The notes below the pieces were generated by a model. It was not told where the DNA came from. It made no database searches and worked only from the letters and a program-made list of their open reading frames with translations. A stretch of 64,000 nt of DNA from Iphione sp. A-MEVVRFRX5 (taxonomy: Eukaryota): assembly GCA_976226885.1 (NCBI GenBank), contig OZ320320.1, positions 37,138,001-37,202,000 of the forward strand. The letters are read 5' to 3'. The position numbers were made by a program, and so were the translations under genes. Shown piece after piece: positions 1 to 14,458 of this stretch (position 1 is the first letter of the stretch; the number at the start of each line of letters is the position of its first letter).

Positions 1-3000
1 GCTTACATAGTTCCCTCCCGGTGCGCTCACAAACTTAGAGGGAGGACGGGCATATGCTGATTCGCCACCTGCTCACAGCGAGCAGTTTTGAGTGACTCCT
101 GACGCAGGCAATAGGGAGTCGAGCAGCTCACCACGCCATATGCGCCAAATGCAGGTGGCTTGCCATGCCGGGCCGAGTGAGATGAAAGGGCAGCAGTTCA
201 AACACACACTGTAGCACCACAAATCATCTGACATCACAAGGTCAGTGTCTAGAATACGAATATTGATGGCTTGGTATGTAATAGTAACGGCTCGACCACA
301 TCCGCAGTCGAGCTACCCGCCGACCTCAGTGGCTCATAGCTGGCTCAAGCACCTCCTCCTATAGACTCCTGGCGAGCTGCTCGCAGCTAATTGGGCCGCG
401 GTGCGGCAACTCCTCGGGTCCACATTGTGCTGCTGCGATCAACACAAGCGACTTCCAGGGCTACCTGTAGGGAAAGCTCGAAGGTGTGCTATCAACATCC
501 CCGCTTCAATTGCCGTAGGTGGACTTATCGTAGACTGCACGCTCGCGCACCTGCGCAAATCGCTAACGCAGCATTATTATACGCATTGAGCCAATGAGGG
601 AGCAGCAGATACTACGAGAAACACATCACTGTCCCCATTACCCAAGCTCTTCTGCTAAAAAGTGTTTTGTATGCCTTAGAGAACTGTATATTGCATGTAG
701 TAGGTTACGTTTAATCCAACGGCACTTGCAAGAAATTTTGTCGCTTAGAAGTGCCTACCGACCACACAGAAGACAATTATTGAATGGACGAGCACCCACA
801 CTTTGTTCTTCGATGTCTCTTTCCCATACTCAACACCACTTGATGAAAAGGTTATGCCTTATCACCAATGAACGATTCTCAATGTTCCCTGGCCTCCGGA
901 GTGCTTCTTCTCCAGCCTCAGGGAACCCAATCAACAGGCTCGATCACAAAGACAGCGTGTTCTTATGATTGGAGGATATGCGTAAGGTAGGGTAGCGAGG
1001 ACCGGCAACTCGACAGATAGAAATCCATAACAGTTTGAGTAGCTCGTTGCCCGAGAATAGAACAGAGCCTTCCAACTATGGCTGTTACGTACATACATAA
1101 GTGGTGAGCCGCTCTCAACCTGAGCAAATGACAAACGGAGGAGCGGCAGCAGCATCCTCTCAGGGTGTCCTCTACCGACAGAATGCTGGGCCGGACCAGC
1201 AAGGATATTGACATCCGGGTAAAGTAAAGCTATTGACGAGCAGACTGGAGGAGTAGGTGTTGGACGGGCTGAGGGATGGGTGGGTGTACAGAGACGCCGA
1301 CTGAGGTCTTCTATTGCTTGTCACTTAGCTCTCCTTTCCCCACGCCTGCCTACAACGGCAACCACTCTTCCCAGTCGACCGCCCTCTGGTATACAAACAA
1401 GGACACCTCCATCGAGGGAACGATTAGGAGCTGTCGGCCCTCCAGGCAATAATGGTGAAGTCCTGTTCACCTTCTCTACGTACGCGGGAGGGCGTGCAGA
1501 AGGTGGAGGAGGTTATCAAGAACGAGGCTTTCAGGCACAGTGGAAAACCCTGCGGCTCTGGGCAACCGCCAGTACAAAACCAATCGAGTCAGTGGGAAAG
1601 CCGTCTACACTTGATAGATCTTCACTCTACCTTCCGAATCTCAGAGGCAGGCGACATCAGACCTGCCGCCTGGTGACATGGTCACAGACTAAGGATTGTG
1701 TCATAAGATTATTATGGAGCATTTCTATTTTTGCAGTAGCTGTCACTTCAATTCACCAAGCACCCACTGCTAGCTTCAAAGAACCTGTCAGACTTGATGA
1801 AGTCTTTTGGGCAGCATGCTGAAACCGGTAAATAAGCCCGTCCATTGTCCATGCACCCTTTTCTCATGTTTTCCTGCTGGAACTGGCCATCGCCTACTGG
1901 GTCCATCCTAGCCTCTCCCCATCTCCTCCTCTGCTAAAAAAAACAAACCATTTTTTTTACATGACCTGTCCCCCCTGGCCTTGCTCGCCTCCGTTTGAAC
2001 CAATACTCATCCTGGAAACATTGGCTGGTGCAGCTAATCCACAGGTCTTGAGCCCCTCTAGACTTTCCGGTCTAATTACGTACGCCGCCCCTAGCACCAC
2101 CGCCGTCTGCCTAGTTTCACGCCATCGTAACTCGTCGTAAGGTGGCGGGACTTGTTAGCCTTCAAGGCACCCCGTTACCATGGCGAGGTGTCGTCGTACG
2201 CGTCGGCCCGCCAATTGCTGCCATGTCATGTTACGTGGCGGGAGGGCGCCAGTGCCGGGCAGGGAGTATGTGAAGGGCAGCCTGGGCAGGTGGGGTCTTC
2301 CCTCACTAATCCCTACCTGGTGAGCGGTTTGGTGTGCAGGGCGGGGCGGGGGGGGGGGAGGTCGGGCGGCGGGGCGGAACGATCGGCAGACAGCCAGCGG
2401 CCGGAGGGGTAAACGGTCCGGCAGATGACGGTCATTTGCGCTAGCTGGCCTGCGGCCATGTTTTCACCGCACCTTTTACCTTGATGGCCTTTAAGAGTAA
2501 AGCCCTAGGCCAACATCCATAAGTAAGGCCATTCCAGGGTCACTCTGTATGCGCATATTTTGAAGGATATGAGTACAATAGTGGTTCGTCTATTCATCTT
2601 TCTCTAGGAGCGTGGCTGTTTCAAAACAGCAAACTGCATCCAATGCTTTACTTCACTTTACGCCTGATTAATCTGGTTAAGAATAAAAGGATTGCTCTGT
2701 TATCCCGTCACATCCATTATAGGACACATACTACACAATCAACCGTAACATTATTCAATAATCTAGTTAATTCTCCATCTAGTAATTTTCCTTAGAGGAG
2801 CAGAATGGTAGGTCATCCAGTCAGTGCACATCCTGAGTGGCAGACCCGGATATAATAGGGGCTTGATGGTTCGTCCGATTCGTCCCCCCACACGAGCACA
2901 CAACTCAGTTCCGCTAGATTCAAGTTACCTGAATTCTATTTAATGTTCAATGGTTTTCTTGCCTTATATAACACATGTAAATAGGTACTTACAATTTCTT

Positions 3001-5277
3001 CATGGTGCCACAACTCTATACCTACAATGCATATACCTACATGAATACACGTATTGATTAAAATAATTATATCAGAAAAGAGGGCCTGCTAGGAGAGCAC
3101 ATCTAAGTGATGTAAATGGCCGAATATTAATATGTTACCACAAGTAGCAATGCGAGCGTGAGCGGTGAAATAATTGGAGATTCCCACCATTGGAACGTCC
3201 CCATTGTAAGTGGAATTCGTGGACTCAAAAATAACAGTATTTCCCTTTGAAGGCTCTCCCAGAACATTTACAGGAAAGGAGTGATACCTCACTCTTTTTC
3301 ACAAAGTTTGAACACCATCTCTAGTATAACCATAGATGCATTTCCATCTGTAGAAAAATCGAAAAAGTCCCTTATATTAGAATTCGGTGTAGAGTCATAA
3401 TACAAGAAAGGAACATACACCACATCAAGGGGCTTTTTCTAAAATTTTTAAAAATGTTTATACTGTGTGTAAAAAGGGTATGTGGACACTTGATTGAAAC
3501 TGACGCAGCCTTTATACATCCGTATACATTGCTAATATCATGAACACATAGTATCTCAAAATTTTGAGCAGACTCAGAAAATATAGATGTATGTCAAACT
3601 AAATGTACTCATTATACTGGAGCTACATGTATAAGAAAACCGGCTTAAAACGAACAACATCCCATTGGTACATGAATAAAGTAATAAGCAATTCATTGCC
3701 ATTGCAAGCACACCATTTATCCAGGCTCTGGATGACACGTGTCGATGGGTCCCGGCGCAGCGAGGCTGATGGGTAATTATCCCCTGTAATACATTAAGAG
3801 GCTTCAGTCGCGTCGCCACCTACCTGAATTATCGCGCAGCTCCCCAAACGGGGTCAAACTGCCGAAGAAGATAAGAAACACCGGCCCCCTCCCCATCCCA
3901 AACCCCTTCGCTGGGATTCCAGATAAGCTCTTCATGAGGAGCGGCGTGTGCCACGAGACAGTAGATAACATATAGAACAATGAGAGCCTTTTCCGAGCTA
4001 ATCAGTCCGACTTATTCATCTGATAAGCAAGAGCTACCAATATATCGGTTTGCGGAGAATGTGGGTGGTGGGAGAAGCGGCGCAGTGGATGTACGGTGTC
4101 CAAAAGGAAATAGCAATGAAGCACTTCATTAACACAGCTTCATTCCAGAATACTCTACAAGAGGATCATTTCTTTGAACTAGTGGAGGGTCGATACGTCC
4201 CCGGCAAGCATAGTAGACTTCATATACGTGTCTGACGTGAGATAAGCGGTTGGCATGGGGTGGAAATTGAGCTTACTGTTCGGCTGACACGTCCTGCCAG
4301 ATACGGAAGAAATCTCCAGCACTGGGCGATGCCATTTCCGGATGTCAGCAGACGGTGACAGAGGACCCTCTTTGCTCTGAGGAATGTATACCATATACGC
4401 ATACGTACGTGTGTAAATAGAAACTGTTCCTGGTAACTCACAGTCTACGCCAGAAATGAGGTGGACATGTCAGAACGGTGGTATTTTCCACGGAGGACTT
4501 GTTTTTACAAATCAAAGAATCGTGCATATAAAAGCTTCGATATAGATTTATGAGAGCATTAATCTGTGGTTGGTTTTGTGCTGTCAAGTAGGACAGAGGG
4601 ATTTCGTTTCAATGGGGATGAATAACTGTGTGATAACATGACAATGCATCAAACACGCAACGCTCAATCATAGGCTTTAATTGATCACTTTTTAGGACTG
4701 GGAGTATCAATGTGTGCACTAATACAAGATGTGTACCCAGACATGTATATATATCTGGCATTGGATAACACTAAGTTTTAATAAACGTTAAAGAGTAACA
4801 GGCAGTTGCCCAGAAAACCTCTCTCCCCGACCTCTTCACCGAGTATCGTCAGAGGGCAATTTCTCCTAGTCAGAATGGTATCTCTGGCGTCACGCGCGGC
4901 ATAGGGCGTGGAGGAAATTTTTCAAGAGAAATTCCCACAAGAAATATGGCGACGAAAACAATGATAGCTTCACAATGAAAAGACTCGGGGCATGCAGCGT
5001 GCTGACTGGTACGGTTTGCCCCACGGCCGATTAGTGAGAGCGTCTCAATCGGAGAGAGGAGTAACATTGTTATGCTTGTCTAAGCACAATCAATACACGT
5101 TTGTCAGATTACTTGCCCGGCGCGGCCGCCATGATGGATGATTTCCACGTGATCAATTCCTCAAGAGCGCAGGCGCGAGCCGCCATTCCGCCAGGCTGGA
5201 CACAGGGCGTTGATCCACAGGCAGCAGTACCAATAGAAAGAGGGACGGAGGTTGGGGTTTCTATTCAATTTAACCAT

Positions 5278-5307
5278 CACCAGCACCACCAGCACCACCA
5301 GCACCAC
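5278..5307 (+). repeat. (CACCAGCAC)3.3 short tandem repeat
   Basis: Direct reading. Confidence 0.9.
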
Positions 5308-8300
5308 CTCCTTATGCACGTCTCAGCACCGCTCTTCTTCCCCGAGTGCTTTCAACGAGCCGGTTATAACGCTTAATACGGCATGTAGGCGGCTGCCATG
5401 TCACTGCTGCTGCCCGCTTAGGTCCTTCAGAGTGATTCCAAGCTCACACAGCGGCTAGCCGACAGGGGGCAGGTCAGGCACTTGACAAGAGTTGAAGAAC
5501 TTTTTTTCTCTTTCTAAGCGGGAGAGGTGCCATGCCTATTTACAAAAAGCAACCTCTAGAGCATTAATCGCCGTTCATGCCGGGGCTTCTTCTCTCCTAA
5601 GCCGAGTAGGAGAAGCGTATGGCTTCATAACATTTATATTAGAACTGATAATCTTTAGATATTCTATTTGAGTTTAGATCCAGAGAAGACAGGTGGCTCG
5701 CCCTCCCTCAGAAGTCCCTCGGGGATCCGGCCTGCGCGAAGTGACGCCTGATGTCATTCTCCATTTCCATATACTACTCCGACTTCTAGACTGCTCCAGA
5801 GGAGCGACGCTTAAAATCTACGATCTCAAATCCCGCTTTCCCATGGCGCGAGATTGGCTTCAAGAACCCCAGAACGATTGGTCCGGGCTGACAATATGCT
5901 AATAGCTAATCACGTAAGTCTAAGTCTGCAGCACATAAGGCTGTCTGATCTGCACACTCCGGGGAACGGACTGTGTAGATCTATTGCATAAATCCAACAG
6001 ACTTTACCTCCATAACTATAATGCACAACTAACTTTACCTTTAAGCAAATGGTTTATAATAGTATGTGAATCTACTCTAGGGGAAAAGCTATCAGGATTG
6101 TGTTGTGCTGCTACAGTATCGAGAGGTACAAGACGTCAATTGAAGAAATAAAGACGTCGACTTCATCATGTAAAAAAACAAGAAAATTGCAAGATAATAC
6201 TCAAATGCACACGAAGTTGAAGTAGTACTCTGCGTAATAGAATATCTAATTAGGATATGGCCATGGGTTCAGCTGCACAGCTGGATAGCACTCCTAGTTC
6301 GGCGCAACAGAGAGCCTTCGATATGAAAATAACAAGCCCGCGACATGCAAGCGTGTCGTCAATGTGGACTCAACTGCTTCAGCCCTTTATCCCCAGCTAT
6401 AAGCACGAACATTTGGTTAAAAACACATTCTGTGCACTTGTCATCGATTTAGATAAAGAGAGGGTTGTCTGTATACTTGTTCGCCTCATTAGAGCGTTTG
6501 TGGATCGATTTTTTTCCTGACCAGATATAGAGATGGCATTTTGTTCATGCAAAGTCTCTAAACAGTTTTATGCGGTAAAGAATGTGAACATTAACTGCAA
6601 GTACTACCTATCAACCAGATGGAAGCTATGAATGGCTCCAGATACCTTCAAGGACCCCTGAACCGATAAAGGCAACACAGAAGCACAATAAAAATTACAG
6701 GAAATAGTACCTTCATTCAGCTGTATCCTTCCATTAACATTATACCATTACTATTAAAGAGATAAAGGGGAAGCAATGTATTATGTGATTGAGAATTATG
6801 GGTTTATATATCACCAAATTTGTTTTCAGCCGAAAATTGTACAGAGTGTACATATTTTCAAGAGTCTTATTGAAAAGATTGCCGAAGTGGTTGCTGTGCT
6901 ATCTAGAAAGGACATGTTGAATAATTGGGCCAAAAGGTCCACCTTGTTTTAACTGATACAAAAAAACAAACTACACACAGATGCACACACATACAGACAC
7001 TTACCCTTAAAGGCAAGTAGTGACATACAGAGCACAGTAACTCAGAGGTATTGTCACACAGGCGGGAACGCAAAGATACTAACGACAAATCACACACAGA
7101 CACACTAAATATTACAACGTTACCCAGCCAAATGGGGCAGAATGGTGGCGCAACACACGTACAGACACCCAAACATATCACGAAACACGAAGGCAGCAGC
7201 TCTCCTCCGACACACCTCCGCGCCTCCACATACCCTTACAGAACAAGAAAGAGGGCTCCTATTGATGACCACCTGCCGGCAGAGGGAGCCACCCATCGAC
7301 CCGTCACATGAACCAGGGGGCGTACCGAGTCGTGCCCATGATATTACAAAGGACACCACCACAAGCTGTATGATGTACTGCACGCTGCGCCATCGGAGGT
7401 GCAGTAAATAACGAGCAGTGCCTCGTGCCGCCCTCTAATGAGCATAAGACAAGGATCTCTAGCTGTGGCTATGGCGACGAGAGGGCTGGTACGAAGGCTG
7501 AAGGACGAGGCAACACAGGAGGCAGGCGTGGGAACGTATGATGAAAAGACTGAGCCATTCCCTCCTCAAACATCAATAATGTGTGGCCTAAGAGTTAGGT
7601 GATGTTGAAGAGAAGTGCTGTATGGGGATATATTAGGCTGGAACACTCAATGGCAACGTCTGGTAAAGAAAAGGTACAATTGGTGGAGAAAATCATCATG
7701 CTGTGATGTGGACTGCTTAAATTTGGATGCATACTTTCTGGGACGAAGAATAAAGAGGAATGAGGACGAAAAAGATCAAAGAGCCTAGACGAATCTCACA
7801 GAAACGTAGAATTTGACAGAAGTGCAGAAGACAGCACATCATTAGTGATGGGAAAGTTGGAAGAGGAAAATGAAGTGACCAGAGCAGAACGTAAGACAAA
7901 CAGCCTGAGAGTAAAAAAAAAAGGTTTGCAAGGATTTCAAAGACTCATGAACTAAATTAAAAACCAAGAAAATGCGTTGTTCTTCTATTGAACTCTACAA
8001 ACTCTGTCGGTTTCCCTCCAAACAGTCTTGTACAAAGACTGAATTCTATTAAAATATCAAATAGAAAAGTCCGACACAACCCGCTTTGTTTATGTTTTCT
8101 TCATGTCAGCTTCATAGAGCTTCAACCAATGCATATAAACAGATTTCACAAATTCGGATCGCATTAAAGCAGAGCGCGTGCAGGATTAGCTACACCGACT
8201 CATCGCCAGCAAGGGTGTTTCTTCTCTGGGGCACCCGGCCGCCTGAGTTACAGAGAAATTCACCTTTCCCATTCTCGTTTACCTTCCCTTTAGAAAGCAA

Positions 8301-10983
8301 GGATAGCCATTGGTAAGGGTTTATGGAGACGATCGAAACCAAATTCCCTGCCCCCCCCGCACATCCAACCAAAACCCCAGATGTCACTAGGACCGCCGTC
8401 ACGAATAGAAACGGGCTCCATAGAAAAAAAGAGGCTCAAGAGGAATCTGATTGGTGAGGCATTTGTCATGTATTTGCCCACCATTCACACGCCCTCATTG
8501 GTATTCATGGCATGCTGGCGTACCCGCCAAACAAGGGTGCGAACGGCGACGATGAAGATGAACGGGAGCAGATGGTAAGAGTGAGCAGCGGGTTAGCACA
8601 GGGTGCTAGTAGGCAAGGATAGATGAACGCAGCCAGATTTAGGTAGGGAAGAATCTAGCGGCCGGGGAAGCAAGGAGCGGGGGGAGGGGGGGGGGGAGAT
8701 CGTTAGAGTCTGGGTAATGTGTTTGATAGAGTCTGCGCAGAAAAAAATACTGCCCTAACCAGTGGTCGAGTCGACTGGTGGGATGGAAGGGGGATGGGGA
8801 TAGGGATTTGGATTATATTGATTACTTTGTCGTTTTTTTTCTCGAGAAATGGGTGAGCAAACGGATGGTTAATCAAGGCGTGGACCTCGGTGCACGGTGG
8901 GAGATGATAAACGAGCGTGAGGTAAGTAGTATGAGGGGGGTGTTTATTCCGTCTCGAGCGGTGAATGTTACCAGTGCCAAATGGCTGTGAAATAGGGTTC
9001 ATGGTTTGGCGAGGAGTTAGGTGTGAAGGCTTGGGTTGCACAGATCGATAGTTAGTTGTGAGGAGTAAGGGAGGCTTTGGTGTACCGTTTTCCCCTTGTA
9101 ATAGTCATATTTCTGACGCATCCTACCTAGTTCGAGACACGCTTGAAGGTGGGTAGAGGTGATTCATAGGTATCCAGCTTATTGGTAGGATGCAGAGCTC
9201 GCAAAGGTTTACGTGGTATTGGTTACGTATACAATAACCGTTCTTTCAAGAACACGGTCTTCTTCAGTACGAATTCCATCAACTAGGAGGTGCATATGGC
9301 GTAGGGAAGCCGAGGGAATTTGGGAGACGAGACTGCGGTAGCGCCCGCCATGTTTGCAGACAAACCCCTAGTGGTGTGATCTCGTGCCCTTCCATCATAA
9401 CAATCCAGTTAGCGTCAATTCAAAGGCAAACTAATCTCCTGTTGGCGGATTGAAACCTGCGTAGGCGGATGTATTACACAAATAAAAACAGGCAAAAGCC
9501 CTAGAGATTCAAGTGGCCTTCCGGAAGGCTGGCTATTCTTGTCGCAGGGGTGCACAATCGTACGCAGGATACAAGTGGTTTCCTCTTCTCATCATTGCCA
9601 TTTCCCTCACGATTTGATTTTTCTATAGTCCTTCTGTCCTGGCCAACTAGCCTTAGCATTTCCATATTACCGTCTCCACTTCCATCGTTATTCTACAGTA
9701 ACTTTTTCTTTCCCCTTCTTCAACCAATACCGAATCTGAATAGTCTCTTCCACGAGCGAATGTCAAGTGTCTGTATTTGAATTTCTATCCTTTTCTCTCT
9801 TTTCCCTTTCTGACAGTTGCGTGTCGTCTACTCTTGGCGTTTCTTTTATCATCCTCTCAGCACCTTCCTTTTTACCCCCTTCCCGTGCACCTTATAATCC
9901 TAACCCTTTATAATCCAAAGCACTTGCGTGCACACTAAAACAGTCCTGCAATTACAAGCCCATTCCGGCCACCAAACCCACGGTTCCAATTGCAATCATT
10001 TCGCGGGCGTTTTCGCAAAGCCTTCAGCTAACGGGCCACCGAATGGACTGTTTGTATTGCCAGCAGGGCGGATTTACATAGTAATTAGTTTTGAAATTGG
10101 ATGTTTGAAGGTAGCGATCTGTTCCTTTCGGCAAGCGCCAACGGCAGGAGTAAGAACAAAAAACAGACATGGAGGCGCGACAGTTGCATTTAGCATTATA
10201 CAGTCAACACAGTGCAACCACTTTAGGCACTGCATTAAGTATATGTGCGTTTAAATCTGCAACATCAATCCAACATTCTCTGTCCGCCAATGTGAAATCG
10301 ACTTGTTTTTAGATCTTTAATAGTTCGAGTGCTATTGTATTAGGGCCGAACACAGCGCCGCGATGAATACAAATCGAAAATTTGAAAACCTAATCTGCAT
10401 CAGACCAAACAAGCATGACTCAATCTCAATTAGCAGGGAATTTAATGATTATCATTCGGTGGCATAGAGTTGAAAGCAATTATCTTATACGTTCAGTCAC
10501 TGGGAATATCTGAAATCGGCCGATGTTGTTCGTACTCCCAAGGATAGTGGAACTGGATTCGGCATTAGTTGTGCGACAGTAAGTGCGGTAAGGCTGAAGA
10601 GACGAGAGCTGTCAGCGTAGGCAAGAGCTCCCTGATTTCTATGTAGGAGTTGTATGTCAGGTTTCGAGTATCCCATAACATATTCACATGTATATGGCAG
10701 GAGATGCCAGTGGACCTCCTCCACTATTCCCTATGGTAAATCTCTCCTCAGCCACTGCAGATAAAATATTTGCATCTTATGATAGTCCAATCCATGATGT
10801 CAACTCCAAAAAATCAAGAATGCTTTAAGGTGCTAAGGATAGTGCTAGATGAGAAGAATTCATTCAGGAAGAAAGGTCAGCAATAACCTAGGAAGCCTTC
10901 AGTATGGTATTTTCTACCTGAGTCTCTTTACTCTCTCCTTTCCCCTTTTGCTTCCCTGCCTCCCTAACACCCTCCCTCTCTTT

Positions 10984-11033
10984 GGTGGGTGTCCGCTTAT
11001 AGTTCAGGGTGGGTGTCCGCTTACAGTGAACTA
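10984..11033 (+). repeat. 16-bp direct repeat GGTGGGTGTCCGCTTA (period 24) with a TAGTTCA/TGAACTA inverted pair; probable pogo-MITE subterminal remnant
   Basis: Copies at 10984-10999 and 11008-11023. The GTCCGC core is shared with the MITE at 54253. The MITE origin is inference. Confidence 0.7.
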
Positions 11034-13029
11034 ATACTGCAGGTTGTTTACCCGCTGGCCAATCCCCATACTTGCAGCAGTATTGTGCAGATACGGCAGA
11101 ATCCCCACACCAGAGTAGGTGGACACTAGGATTAGCGCACGGAGGGAATATCTGTCCCCGTGTTTGCGCTCCGTCGCTGTTAGTCAATCAATTAAGGTGG
11201 CCATCGGTCGGTGACTATGTGGATGGCGGGAGAGGAGGGAGTGGATAGAGCCCGGAGTTGGTGGTGTTAGGATAATGGAAGTGATCTGGAGAACGGGGAG
11301 GGACTATGTGATGAATCGTACACATAAAACTTCAGATACATTTAGCAAGTTGGATTAAGCGAGCATATAAATAGACTCATGGTTCTCATTGTTTGAATCC
11401 GCTGGACGCATACCTAAGGCAATAAAATGTTACCATCCGAGCAGTGAGGCCCACTGTGGAAGGAGTAGAGTTAGTGATTGCGCGATGGAACACAGGGAAT
11501 TGAGCAATTCATACTGAAGCGTAAGTGCAGGAGCAATCCACGAGAAGAGCGCTGCCTCTGTCCTTTTATGGCACTATGCGAGGAGCTCATGTCATGGACA
11601 GGATAGGTCCCCTGCTGGGCGGCCTGTTAGTAGCGGCGCCAGCGACGCAGCTATAGCTCTCCTAGGTGGACTGTGTTGCAGGACTGGCAATTAAAAGCAG
11701 CATAATTAACCGCCGGGGAGAAGAATTGCACGCGATGGTAGGTCCTCTCACGTAACAGTTGCGCCCGCTGTGTTATAATTTAGGCACACCTGACAGCTCG
11801 ACCGCCTACGGTGGTGGGAGTAGGTGTAAACGGGTAATGGGGCTGGTGTTAGCAGTGGCTGGGTTGGGTTTGTATGTCTGGGACTTTAGGACCCTTAATA
11901 ATGCAGTGGCTATTGCCCATCATCTCCTCTGCCTGCTCATATCAGGCGTTCCCACTATCCCTCTCCATCGCTCTCCTAAGCGACGTCCATTCCACCACCG
12001 GTAGCAACTACCGGCGCAACTGAAGTGCACACTGCCGCCATCTGTCGGTTAAACATCCAGCGACTCCTAGCAGAAACGTTATGAGTGATTTGGCACGGGG
12101 TTAGATGTTAATGGAGAGCGTGCATGGCGCCCGCTGACCGACCATCGTCGTTGCAGACCCACTTCTGTCACAATATGTCGCTCTTGCTGTTGCGGCTGCT
12201 ACCACCCTAGCAACAGGCCACACTATAGGTTCCAGATGGTGCTATTTGCTATCACCTACTACGCTCTCAATCCCATCGGATTCGAAGTAGTTGGTTTCCA
12301 AGCCTGTCCTCCCACTACACACGGTCAAAATACTCTGACGAGCAAGTGAACGTACGTACACGCATGCACACAGACGTCCGACACATACTCACTGGCAAAA
12401 GCAGCGCAACAAAAAAATGAACCGGTGTCACAAATGGCACTTCGCAAGCGGCGGCCATTAGTCAAAGAAGCTTAGGGCACAAAAACGGTTCATTTCTTAT
12501 TTATGTGGCAATATGTGGTCTTTTTGCAAACTTCATCCTTTAAAAGACGGATGTCAGAAGTAATCAAAGGTTATTCCAAAGCGTTAAAGAGGTTTTTGAG
12601 ACACTTTATGAATTGAGGAGCCTGCGGCATTAGACAAGCATTAAAAAGTCACTTTAACTGGCCTTTGGCCTTCTTCCCATTTCCATTCTGGTGTTTGCCA
12701 TTTTACTTTCATACAAAGGTCTAACATAAATACACGGGCCTGATATGCCTTATCTCCTACGAAAATGAAATTATCAGATGCAATTTTCTTGTTCAATAAA
12801 CGAGTTAGTACCGGCCTATACCGCTGTCTTTGTGTAAGACTCAGCCAAGCCATTTCGAGGTTCAGAGGCCTTTGGTTTCACACATTAATTAACCGTCTAT
12901 ATCTGTGTGTTTAATCTCATTATCTTATAAAGTACTAAACACCACATCGGAGAAGGCCTCCTCCCGACGGTGATGTCATTGATGAAACTAAAATATCGAA
13001 GTGTTGAATGGAGCTGCTCATCTTGAAAA

Positions 13030-13085
13030 TCAGATCTGTCACACACGGTCTAAATGGTCAGATCTGTCACACACGGTCTAAATGG
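13030..13085 (+). repeat. Perfect 28-bp tandem duplication (TCAGATCTGTCACACACGGTCTAAATGG)x2
   Basis: Direct reading, 0 mismatches. Confidence 0.97.
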
Positions 13086-14458
13086 ATGTTATTTACACGT
13101 TGTAAGCTTTTATTCTGTCATGAGCTTTAAGGTACTTGCAAAACAATGTACAAGACGTGGCTGGCTTCATTGAATTTCTCCTTGATCCGCAGGTAAGGTT
13201 TAACACAGTGACACCGCCCTGTAGACTTTCAAACGAAGTCATAAAATAAAATTTCCTCATTTTATGGTCTGACTAGGTAGCTAGTCTAGACTATTGAAGC
13301 TTAAAGGGAATGGGAGCGCCTCATTGCGCCAACACTGGTATATAAAACCCTTCCCCTCCGGGGGCTGAGGCGCAAGCCGCTGGAAACACCGAACCGCTGG
13401 GCATGATTTATACCGCGCGAAGCCACATTTGAAGCCAGCTCCAGGCGCATAAAAGATTGCGTGGAAGCCACCGGGCCGGATCGAGGCAATTCGCCCACCT
13501 TCCCCTCCCAGTTCTCCCACACCCATCCTTCGCCTTCCGGCCGCCGCACTTATCTGTCCAGGACTAAAAGATGCCCGTGGGCTAAATGGACAAAAGATAA
13601 AGAAAAATATCCCAGAGATAAAACTCCTCTACAGCGGAGGAAGTCCGCTGGTGGAGGCGAGGCTTTTAGGCGTCGATCATCTAGGTTGTTCTTGCCGCCA
13701 GTCCGGGGCACTCACCCGCTCCTACGAAAAAAAATCGACATCTCCAAAAGACTCTTTTTTGTGTCCAGGGTGACAATCTATAAGGAGGAACGGGCCATGC
13801 GCTGACTGCTGATTTATATCGGCTATCAATTCATTGGAAGCATTCAGGGCCTATCATGATAGCCAGTGCGCGAGATTGCGCCGTGTTGGCGACATTTTCC
13901 GCTCGCTGGCTGCCCCAGCGCCTTTCGTTAGGACTGGATCTTTATTACCAATAAATGTCCACTTTGAGGCGACTAATAGCACGTTTGACCGCCATTATCA
14001 AGTAAGTGCGAAGCCGAAGGGGAGAGGCTTCGGCCCCTTAAGGTAACCCGAACTTCGACTCGGTAACACTATCCGGGCGTCGACCGACTTACAGGTAATA
14101 ACTTTAAAGTTCGTAGAAACTGCCAGTTTGGCTGTTTAACGGCTCAGGTGTATTAGACTGTTTTGACCGCAGGGCAGGGGCCGAGCTGGGAGATAAAGCA
14201 GTTATTTGATGAGAGGAGCAGTCGAAAAGGTAGGGATGGAGTGGATGCTTTGGCTGGACAGTCTAGAGAAGAAATACACACTCCCTGTACACATCTTAAG
14301 GTTGGGAAAATGTGAAACACCGCGAACTGAAGTAAGAATAAGGAAGAAGTTATGGGGCATATTTTGGAAAGAACGATGGATAAAAAAAGAGAAAACATGT
14401 TCCTAAAAGGTACCTGTGACCAAACATAACCACAAGAAGACTACAATGAATTTAAATA

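Noticed and set aside
963-1214. DFYLSSCRSSLPY as a LINE post-RT motif (similar faint cases at 7600-7900, 8700-9350, 31550-32030, 42240-42600, 43290-43330)
   Set aside because: The similarity is too weak to call by eye and needs TBLASTN or HMM confirmation.
1280-1822. 180-aa ORF and overlapping 74-aa ORF
   Set aside because: Non-ATG start, no recognisable domain or splice context.
7310-7441. CTCF-like sites (7310 +, 7428 -; also 12033, 35474)
   Set aside because: Only 11-12 of 14 matches. Such hits are expected in GC-rich DNA without a PWM score or ChIP data.
12641-12853. GDKAY motif suggesting a PIF/Harbinger/IS5-type transposase
   Set aside because: A single short motif with no other DDE blocks in any frame that I could find.
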